In this document: piece by piece, positions 26,897 through 36,784 of the stretch
Numbering within the stretch: position 1 is the stretch's first letter
How the letters are laid out: each line of letters opens with the position of its first letter
Made by a program: the position numbers and the translations under genes
Notes under the pieces: model-generated
Databases searched by the model: none
Told to the model about the DNA's origin: nothing
Seen by the model: the letters and a program-made list of their open reading frames with translations, nothing else
NCBI GenBank assembly: GCA_951406725.2
Contig: OX597822.1
Coordinates: forward strand, 38,874,001 to 38,938,000
Source: Octopus vulgaris
Taxonomy: Eukaryota
Length of the DNA stretch: 64,000 bases
Direction of reading: 5' to 3'

Positions 26897-27384
26897 ATAG
26901 GTAGAAAGTTACATAAGTAGAACTGTAGGTAAAAACGATGGGCAGAATATTGAGTAGACAAACAGACAGATACAATGGCAGATTGAAAGATAGAAAAAAA
27001 AAACAGTAGCCAACAGTTTCATTTCTGTCTTGCAAATTTTTTTAAATCTTACATAACCCAAATCTTAATCCCAAAACTGTTTAAAATAATACCAGTTATT
27101 GTTGTTGTTTTTGCAGAACTTTAATCAAAGACATTCCAGTGACCATCCTATCTTTCTCATATCTACAACTACACTATCCAATGTGTCATTCCCATTTTTC
27201 AGTCAGTAGGAGATTGTAGCTGCTATTTCTAGCAGGTTGAATGTCATACAGGATTCCACATTGGTTTAGTAAGTACCAACCATTTGATGAAATCTTGATC
27301 TGAGTAGCTCTTCCACAAATTACTGTCTTTGCACCAATCTTTGGATAAGACAGCAGTGACTTGTAGAATTGGTAATGTATGGAT

Positions 27385-27850
27385 CAGTGGTTCTCAACCA
27401 TTTTCTCCCTAGGAATCTCTTTGGTTCCTATTTTACTCTGGTGGACCCCCATAACCATTCCATGTTTAAAAATCCAATTGTATTTTTATAATTAAATATT
27501 ATTAAGAACTGTACGAAGGTGACGAACTGGCAGAATCGTTAGCATGCTGGGCGAAATGCTTAGCGGTATTTCGTCTACCACTACATTCTAAGTTCAAATT
27601 CCGCTGAGGTTGACTTTACCTTTCATCCTTTCTGGGTTGATGAAATAAGTACCAGTTATGCACTGGGGTCGATGTAATTGACTAGCCCCCTTCCCCAAAA
27701 ATTTTCAAGGCCTTGTGCCTAGAGTAGAAATAATTATTAGGAACTGTACAAAAAATTCTTTAATATTTGTGTATTGTAGAAGTATAACTAATATATTTTA
27801 CATAAACGTTAACAACAAAATCTTATATGGACCCCAAATGAAAACCACTG
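27385..27850. mobile_element. hAT-Charlie-like MITE containing a SINE
   Basis: Ends CAGTGGTTCTCA / TGAAAACCACTG; subterminal GGACCCC motifs; TSD not clearly preserved. Confidence 0.65.
27515..27732 (+). mobile_element. SINE family B with 17-bp TSD
   Basis: TSD ATTATTA(A/G)GAACTGTAC at 27498-27514 and 27733-27749; domain CCTTTCATCCTTTCTGGGTTGATGAAATAAGTACCAG. Confidence 0.9.
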
Positions 27851-27864
27851 GGTTAGAATAATTT

Positions 27865-28145
27865 CCATGACCTTTGGCATTATGTCGTGCTTGAGAAGAA
27901 AACCTATCAAGCTGAGCAAAATTGTAGTCATGACAGCTAACAGTGTCATGCAAATGGCTCCCCTGTTGGTGGCATGTAAAAGCACCCATTACACTCTTGG
28001 AATGGTTGGTGCTAGAAAGGGCATCCAGCTGTAGAAAACCATACCAAATCAGACTGGAGTCTGGTGCAACCTTCCAGCTTACCCGCCCTGGTCAAACCGT
28101 CCAACCTATGGCAGCATGGAGAACAGCCGTTAAATGATGATGATG
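27865..28145 (+). mobile_element. RTE 3'-UTR-derived fragment
   Basis: GGCATCCAGCTGTAGAAAACC...CGTTAAATGATGATGATG. Confidence 0.8.
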
Positions 28146-28357
28146 CTTATTTTATCACTTATCCTCCCAAGGTCTATAATGTAAGTACCAGTAAAATACT
28201 GGGTTGATATATATTCATATCATGCTTCCTACGTGCGAATGACATTAATAAAAAAAAATACACAATTTTTGACCTGGATGAGATTTCAAGAACCCCAAGA
28301 AAATTTAGTGATTCCAGTGGAGAAAATTGTTTTAGATTTGAAAATTCTTTATCACAG

Positions 28358-28584
28358 TTCCATATTTATTTTGGTAGACTATATGATGTCATATAAGACA
28401 TACTTTTTACCCAAAAATCTGCCTCAAAAAATAACAATGGGTCTTATATGTGAAATTGGGCTTCCCACAAGCTAATATTACATGCATTTTTTAATGCATA
28501 AAAAACTTTTTCCCCGAATGTGCGCTGCTGAAATTGGGGTGTGCCTAACTTGCTTGCGTGTCTTTTATGCCATCAAATATGGTA
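28358..28584. mobile_element. Decayed Tc1/mariner (pogo/Tc2-like) MITE
   Basis: Ends CCATATTT / AAATATGGTA; internal TATAAGAC / GTCTTATA motifs. Confidence 0.45.
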
Positions 28585-28825
28585 ATTTTGTAACCATATT
28601 TTTGTAGAAATATACTAATTTCTTTCAGTTAATTTTGAAAATAATAAAGAATTTATCAAAACATGTTTGTCATTATTTAACTGGTATTTGGAACAAAAAG
28701 TAGAATGAAATTTTGATGGAAGGTTTTTGAATGAAGATCATTTTAAAATAGGGAACTTGTATCAGAGAAGCCAGGGTATTTTCAGGCAGATTGGTACCAA
28801 AAAGGTTAAAGCAGGTTTTTACGGT

Positions 28826-29244
28826 TTTTCTTTTCTTTTACTTGTTTCAGTCATTTGACTGTGGCCATGCTGGTGCACAGCCTTTAGTCAAACAAATCAA
28901 CAACCAGGATTTAATCTTTGTAAGCCTAACACTTATTTTATCGGTCTCTTTTGCTGAGCTGCTAAGTTGCAGGAATCTAAATACACCAACATTGGTTGTC
29001 AAGCGATGGGGGGGGGGGGACAAACACAGCCACACAAACAAATACATACATACATAGATGATAATATGTATATATAAATACAACAGGCTTCTTTCAGTTT
29101 CTATCAATCAAATCCACTCACAAAGCTTTGGGTGGCCCGATGCTATAGTAGGAGACACTTGCCCAAGGTACCATGGAGTAGGACTGAACTCAGAACAATG
29201 TGGTTGGGAAGCAAGCTTCTTATGACATGGCCACTCCTGCGCCT
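28826..29244 (-). mobile_element. SINE family A, full length
   Basis: Reverse complement of family A. Confidence 0.9.
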
Positions 29245-29278
29245 AAGGTTAAATTTATATAATATATGAAAATAATTT

Positions 29279-29680
29279 AGGAGTGGCTGTGTGGTAAGTA
29301 GCTTGCTTACCAACCACATGGTTCCGTGTCCAGTCCCACTGCATGGCACCTTGAGCAAGTGTCTTCTACTATAGCCTCGGGCTGACCAAAGCCTTGTGAA
29401 TGGATTTGGTAGATGGAAACTGAAAAGAATCTCGTCTCTCTTTTATTATTACTGTATGTATATGTCTGAGTATCTGTGTTTGTCCCCCCAACATCATTTG
29501 ACAACTGATGCTGGTGCGTTTACGTCCCTGTCTTTTAGCGGTTCAGCAAGAAAGACCAATAGAATAAGTACTAGGCTTACAAAGAATAGGTCCTGGGGTC
29601 GATTTGCTCAACTAAAGGTGGTGCTCCAGCATAGCCACAGTCACATGACTGAAACAAATAAATGAATAAAAGAAAAAGAA
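29279..29680 (+). mobile_element. SINE family A, near full length
   Basis: Head-to-head with the preceding copy. Confidence 0.9.
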
Positions 29681-30802
29681 TCTAGCAACATATTTCTACA
29701 GGATGAAAAGAGAGAAAAATATCATGAGTATAAATGATCAAGTTATTGGGAAAAAAAATTAAAACAGAACTACCTCGCCAAGGAAACAAAGAAAAAGAAA
29801 CGGTGGGGGAAGGAATTAAGCAGCAAAACATGGGAGGGGTGGGAGTAACAGGTTGTAACATCCCAGACCAAATGATGTATTCAGCCAAGCCTTGGGGACA
29901 TAACTGCAAGGGTGTTGCTGCAGAGAATGACCACTACCACACACTGCAACAGCCACATGACCTTGCAGGGCTCATTTCTCAGAAGTCCACCGTTATCCTA
30001 ATTTTGCAGAGGAAATCAGCAATGCAGAGTCCAAGAACACTCAAAGCCCCAACAGCGACCGGTAGAAACAAATAGCGGCTGGTCTAAGTGTAAGATTTTG
30101 GTTTTCTTATTACAAATGTTGCGATATAGAGTAAATGGGATAGTAACCTGATAAATGGATGGGGAGAATGCAGGAAATTGATGAAGAAATGTTGTAATAT
30201 GAGAAGACTCCCTGCCTCTCTGTACATTTCTGATGCTGTGTCTCTGTTAGAAGCCATTGTTGATAAACCCAATCACCAGTTTATATCCTGGCAGTCAGTT
30301 CGATAAGCTATAAATCTCCTTTCTCTAAAGATTTGAGCAGCAGCAACAGCAGCAGCCGCCATTGTTATTGCTATCATCATCTGTTATCTTCTACTTGTTT
30401 CCAGTCACTGAACTGTGGCCATGCTGGGGTGCCACCTTGAGTGGTTTACATTGAACAAATCACCCTCCACCCCCAATACTTATCCATTTTACATTTGGCA
30501 CTTACTCAATTGATCTCTTTTGCTAAACTGCTAAGTTACAGGGACATAACCAAACCAACATAGGTTGTCAAGTTGTGGTGGGGAGGAACAAACGAACACA
30601 AAAACACATGCACAGACATATATCTAATGAGCTTCCTCACAGTTTCTGTCTATCAGATTCATTCACAAAGCATTGATTGGCCCAGGACTATATAATTGAA
30701 CTCAGAATGTAAAAACGGGTGTAGTGCCACTAAGCTTTTTGCCTGGCATGCTAACAATTCTGCCAGCTCACTGCCTTCAATAATAATAATAATAATAATA
30801 AT

Positions 30803-31018
30803 AGTTTCAAATGCTGCCACAAGGGCAGCCATTTTGGGGGAGGGGATGAGTTGATCACATTGACTCCAGTGTTTCACTGGTACATAATTTATCAACCACA
30901 AAAGGATAAAAGGCAAAGTCAACCTCAGCAGAATTTGAACTTAGAACATAGCGACGGGCGAAATACTGCTAAACATTTCATCCAGTGTGCTAACGATTCT
31001 GCCAAATTTCCCACCTTG
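30803..31018 (-). mobile_element. SINE family B flanked by (AAT)n
   Basis: Reverse complement of family B; another head fragment at 30695-30778. Confidence 0.85.
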
Positions 31019-31062
31019 AATAATAATAATAATAATAATAATAATGATGATAATAATAATAA

Positions 31063-31917
31063 GAAGAAGAAGATGAAGAAACAACAAAAGCTATAAAACA
31101 AATGAAATCCAAACTAAAAATAGAACAGCAACGAACCATGATAAAACGATGTCAAGGAAAGCCCCTTCATGGTAAATACTGGACTAAACTAAACGCAAAA
31201 GAAATAGACAAAGAAAAATCCCAGCAATGGTTGAGAAGCTCAGGACTCAAAGCAGAAACAGAGGGATTTTTAATTGCAGCACAAGACCAAAGCCTCCCCA
31301 CCAGAAATTACCAAAAACATGTAATGAAAAGAAATATTACAAGTAACTGCAGAATATGTGGAGATGGACAAGAAACAATAAATCATATTATCTCTAGCTG
31401 CCCAGTCCTGGCTAAGAAGGAATATATTCACAGACATGACAGAGTTGGAACCTACATACATTGGAAGCTATGCCAACATTATGGAATAACAACAGAAAAA
31501 AGATGGTATAGGCACACACCAGAAAAGGTCACAGAAAACGAGAAAGCAACCATACTCTGGGATATGCCGATACACACAGATAGAGAAATTAAGGCCAACA
31601 GACCAGATATAGTTGTCAGAGATCATGAAGAAAAAAAATGCTTTCTAATTGATGTATCAATACCGGCAGATGACAACGTGTCTCTAAAAGAAATGGAGAA
31701 ACTCTCAAAATACAAAGACCTGGAAATAGAGGTAACTAGAATGTGGAATCTGAAAACAGAAACAATTCCTATCATAGTAGGTGCATTAGGCATGATAAAA
31801 AAATATTCAGACAAATACATAACAAAAACACCAGGACTTACAAACACATATAACATACAGAAAATTGCACTACTAGGCACTGCACACATCCTACGCAGAA
31901 CACTTTCCATACAATAA
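31063..31917 (+). CDS. R4/Dong ORF C-terminus: CCHC knuckle and restriction-like endonuclease (5'-truncated)
   Basis: KPLHGKY, KAETEGFLIAAQDQ, CRICGDGQETINHIISSC, YIHRHD, RPDIVV, IDVSIP, KLSKYKDL, PIIVGALG; no internal stops. Confidence 0.9.
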   Translation, partial: EEEDEETTKAIKQMKSKLKIEQQRTMIKRCQGKPLHGKYWTKLNAKEIDKEKSQQWLRSSGLKAETEGFLIAAQDQSLPTRNYQKHVMKRNITSNCRICGDGQETINHIISSCPVLAKKEYIHRHDRVGTYIHWKLCQHYGITTEKRWYRHTPEKVTENEKATILWDMPIHTDREIKANRPDIVVRDHEEKKCFLIDVSIPADDNVSLKEMEKLSKYKDLEIEVTRMWNLKTETIPIIVGALGMIKKYSDKYITKTPGLTNTYNIQKIALLGTAHILRRTLSIQ

Positions 31918-32016
31918 CCATCAGAGCATCACAACAAATCACAGCACATACCCAAGGCACACAGAGCTGCGCTCGGTAGTGAAGTGAAAGCACGCTATAA
32001 AAATAAAACTACTGAA
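31063..32016 (+). mobile_element. Young 5'-truncated R4/Dong LINE inserted in (TAA)n
   Basis: Flanked on both sides by (TAA)n; open ORF to 31917 plus ~100-bp 3' UTR. Confidence 0.9.
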
Positions 32017-32037
32017 TAATGATAATAATAATAATAA

Positions 32038-32226
32038 TTTCTACTGAAGGCACAATGCCTGAAAATTTTGGGGGAAGGGACTAGTCGATTACATTGATCC
32101 TAGTGCACTAGGAAAGGATGAAAGGCAAAGTCGACCTCAGCAGAATTTGAACTCAGAACATAAAGACAAATGAAACGCTGTTAGGCATTTTGCACAGCAT
32201 GCAAATGATTCTGCCAGTTCGCCTCT
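32038..32226 (-). mobile_element. SINE family B
   Basis: Reverse complement of family B between (AAT)n tracts. Confidence 0.85.
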
Positions 32227-32228
32227 TT

Positions 32229-32290
<62 letters not shown>

Positions 32291-32373
32291 GTAAATCCCA
32301 CCTTTTTGTGTGTTGTATTTTGTTCTTTGATAATGTCCTCAATGTCTTGGACCCTTGTGGCCAATAAAAGAAA

Positions 32374-32858
32374 TCATCATCATCGTTTAACGTCCGCTTT
32401 CCATGCTAGCATGGGTTGGACGGTTCAACTGGGGTCTGGGAAGCCAGACGGCTGCAACAGGCCCAATCTGATCTGGCAGTGTTTCTACAGCTGGATGCCC
32501 TTCCTAACGCCAACCACTCCGTGTGAGTATAGTGGGTGTTTTTTACGTGCCACTGGCACAGGTGCCAGATGAGGCTGGCAAACGGCCACGATCGGATGGT
32601 GCTTTTTACGCGCCACCGGCACGGAGACCAGATGAAGCTGGCAACAGCCACGATCGGATGGTGCTTTTTACGTGCCACCAGCACAGAGGCCAGTGAGGGC
32701 GGCGCTGGCTACGGCCACGTTCGGATGGCTCTCTTATGTGCCACCGGCACTGGTATCGCAGCTACAAATTCCATTGATGTTGATCGGTTACGATTTTGAT
32801 TTTCACTTACCTCAACAGGCCTTTACAAGTGGAGTTTTGTGTCCCAAGAAGGAAAGGA
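32374..32858 (-). mobile_element. RTE 3' UTR fragment
   Basis: CATCATCGTTTAACGTCCGCTTTCCATGCTAGC plus ~60-bp UTR repeats. Confidence 0.85.
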
Positions 32859-32889
32859 ATATCATAATTATTATTATTATCATTGTACA

Positions 32890-33766
32890 TAAGGTGGCAA
32901 ACTCGTAGAATAGGCAAGCACAGTAGACAACATTCTAAACAGCATTTCGTCTGTCTTTACCTTCTGAGTTCAAATTCCACTGAGGTCAACTTTGCCTTTC
33001 ATTTTTTTCAGGGTTGATGAAATAGTACCAGTGAAATAATGGGATTGATGTAATCCACTACCCCTTTTTCCTGAGGAATTCAGCCCTTGAACTTATAGTA
33101 CAAAAGATTATCATCGTTGTTATTATTTGGCAGAATCGTTAGCAAACTGGATAAAATGCTTGGCAGCATTTTCTCTGTCCTTTCGTTCTGAGTTCAAATT
33201 CCACCAAGGGTATATAAAATGAGTACCAGTTGAGCACTGGGGTCGATGTAATTGACTAATGCCTCCCCTCAAATTTCAGGCCTTGTGCCTATAATAGAAA
33301 GGATTATCATCATCATTATTATTATTATTATAATTATTATTATTACCTCTGCCTTAATGAAGGTGGAGGTATTGTTTGCAGTCATGATTTTTTGTCCGTG
33401 GACAAGTTATCTCAAGAACCATTGAATGGATTCAGATGAAACTTTCAGGAATGTTTGGCCTCATAACTAGCACAAACTGATTACATTGGTGTTGCCTTGG
33501 CAGAGGTTTGCGCTCTCTGAGTGTGCTTATTATTATTATTATTAATATTATTATTAAGGTGGCAAACTGGCAGAATCATTAGCATGCTGGATGAAATACT
33601 TTACGGTATTTCACACATCCTGATGTTCTGATTTCAAATTCGTCCAAAGTTGACTTCCCCTTTCATCCTTTTGAAGTCAATAAAATAAGTACCGCTTGAA
33701 CACTGAGGTATAATGTAATTGACTCACCCCTCCCCAAAATAGCTGCCATGTGGAAAAATTTGAAAT
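32890..33766 (+). mobile_element. Three head-to-tail SINE family B copies separated by (ATT)n
   Basis: Copies at ~32890-33112, 33128-33305 and 33556-33766. Confidence 0.85.
33341..33528 (+). mobile_element. HINE/DINE-1-like element, internally deleted
   Basis: TACCTCTGCCTT-AATG-AAGGTGGAGGTA hairpin and CCTTGGCAGAGG subterminal repeat; homologous to 5710-6078. Confidence 0.7.
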
Positions 33767-34296
33767 TATTATTATTATTATTATTATTATAAAATAATTA
33801 TATTTGAAATATTATTGTTTACTAGAAGTGGTAATGAAGAAGTAATAGTAAGATATTAGGTTATAAAGATTTAAAGTATTTTATCTCACTTTCTCTGATG
33901 TTCTGAGTTCAAAATCATATCTAGGTTCATCCAAGGCTGCTAAAATAATGCTAGCAATGCACCCAGGAATGTACAAAGGTGTTAATTGTGTCAACCATAC
34001 CTCCCATCTCCTTTTCTTCTACAATGGGGAAAATATTTTCTTTGGTAAATTGTTCTGTTGGTGTGTGTGTGTGTGTGTGTGTGTGTGCATGCGTGAGTGT
34101 GTATCATAATGTGTTTGTGTTCACACACATCTACCTCTTTCTCTTATTCATCTAGGTGTACATTCACTTTTAGGCACAAGCATGGTTGTGTGTTACGAAG
34201 CTCATTTTGCAGCAGGTGAGATTTGGGGTTTACTCCCACTGCAAAGCACCTTGACCCAGTGTCTACTATAGCTCCAGAGTGACCAATGCCCGACGA

Positions 34297-34530
34297 GCAA
34301 GACACTTTATTTCATGTTGCTCAGTTAACTCAGCTGTAGAAATGAGTTGCAAAGTCAAAGGTGCCGAGCTGTATCGGCCTTTGCCTTTCCCTTCGATAAC
34401 ACTGGTAGTGTGGAGAGGGGAGGCCGGTATGCATGGACAACTGCTGGTCTTCCATAAACAACCTTGCCCAGACTTGTGCCTGGGAGGGTAACTTTCTGGG
34501 TGCAATCCCACGGTCAGTCATGACCAAAGT
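34297..34530 (+). mobile_element. SINE family C body
   Basis: GAGCAAGACACTTTATTTC...GGTCTTCCATAAACAACCTTGCCC. Confidence 0.8.
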
Positions 34531-34539
34531 AGGTCACAG

Positions 34540-34698
<159 letters not shown>

Positions 34699-34699
34699 A

Positions 34700-35110
34700 G
34701 GTTAATCCAAACGGGAAAACAGAAAAAACAACAACACGTGGAACAATTACAGTATTATTATTAGGCGCTCAGGAAAATGGAAGAAGGAGGGTATGACGTT
34801 TCGAGCGGAGCTCTTCGTCGGAAATGCTTATATGTACATGTATATATATGTATATATACTTATATGTACATGTATATATATGTATATATATATAGGGAGA
34901 ATTCACAAAAAAACAAAAGACGAAGACAGGTGGTGTAGACAACAAACAGATGTATTAGTATAACGCTCGGGAAGTGAAAAAGTTTTTAACGTTTCAAGTC
35001 TACGCTCTTCCACAGAAAGGAACACAGAAAGAAACAAGGAAAGGAAATAAAGAATGTGTAGTGGCTAGTGATCTATCATGGCAAAGGCCGAACAGAAGGG
35101 TCACACAGGA
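34700..35110 (-). mobile_element. Two related Penelope-like terminal-repeat fragments with hammerhead-like motifs
   Basis: Minus CCGACGA-A-GAGC-TCC-GCTC-GAAACGTC (34795-34821) and CTGTGGA-AGAGC-GTAG-ACTT-GAAACGTTA (~34987-35015). Confidence 0.5.
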
Positions 35111-35559
35111 GATAGATAGATGGATGGATGTTTATATATATGTATATATATATATACATATGTTTATATATATATATACACATACATATATATATGTATA
35201 TATATATATACATACATATATATATGTATATATATATACATACGTATATATATGTATATATATATACACATACATATATATACACATATATACACACACA
35301 TATTTACTTACATATATATACACACATATATATATACATATATATACACATACATATATATATACATATATACACATACACATATATATACATATATATA
35401 CACATATATATAGACATACATATATATACACACACACACATATATATATACACACACACATTTATACATATATATAAACATATATATAGACATACATATA
35501 TATACACACACACACACATATATATACACACACACACACACATACACACACATATATAT

Positions 35560-35603
<44 letters not shown>

Positions 35604-36512
35604 TATATATACATATGTTAGAGGATAGTACCTATCCAATATACTGCTGGTAGTGTACCCAATTTTTCATACCCAAGTGCTAGTTATTGTGCGATAATCT
35701 TGCAATTGAGTGTTATATAATGGGCAGGGGTAAAAAGTGGTTTACCCTTGATTTATGCGGCAAATATGAAAGTGGAGTGGATACAAAATGGACAGACATC
35801 AGCCAGTAAACATTCCAGTATCTCTCTTTATTCCAATGTATTAGAATGTATTAAATGAATACATACACATTTATTAGTAGTACAGAATATTATTAACAGT
35901 TTTTCATATGTGTTAGGCCTCCCAACTACTTAGACCCTGTGAAGAGGCCTACAGGCACATTCATTATCCAAGTTCTTACCTGCTCATCCCTACATAACAC
36001 TGAAGAGATGGAGACAACCTGGAAGCTTTTGTTGCCTCTTGGCAGAAACAGCCATGAGGAACTAGCACCCACTGACAATCTGCTCATTTGCTCATGTACT
36101 CATTTAATCACCTGTTCCTATGTGATTCTATGCTTCCACACCCTTGTTCTTGCAATTACCAACTCTTTATATTTGATATTCTGCACTACGAATACATGTT
36201 TGCGTATTCATCTAATACATTCTAATACATTGGAATAAATAGACATACTGGAATGTTTACCGGATGATGTCTGTCCATTTTGTATCCTCTCCACCTTCTT
36301 ATTTGCCATACATACATACACACACACACACACACATATACATATATATATATATATATATCCATATATATATATATATATCCATATACATATATATATA
36401 TAAACATATATATACATACATGTATATATATATATGTAAATATATATATATGTAAATATATATGTATATATATTTACATATATATACATATACATATATA
36501 TTTACATATATA

Positions 36513-36751
36513 TGATTGATTGATTGATTGATTCTAGTTTCAGCTTATGAGCTGTGGCCATGCTGGGGCACCGCCATTTGGTGTTGCTACTTGGTTTCAC
36601 TTCATGGAGGCTTTCTAGCAACTGCTATTTGGTGCATGAGAGAGTTCGATGCAGCTGCCCTCATCTGCCCCTCCTGCCGTGAAGTTGGTTCATCTGGGAC
36701 ACCTGACAGGAAGAGATCCAGCTTCATTTTAAAGACATCTGTATCCACCCC
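36513..36751 (-). mobile_element. CR1/L2-group LINE 3' end with (AATC)n tail
   Basis: GVDTDVFKMKLDLFLSGVPDEP...RAAASNSLMHQ then stop at 36602; UTR GGCGGTGCCCCAGCATGGCCACAGCTCATAAGCTGAAAC. Confidence 0.75.
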
Positions 36752-36784
36752 ATATATATATACATACATATATACATATACATA

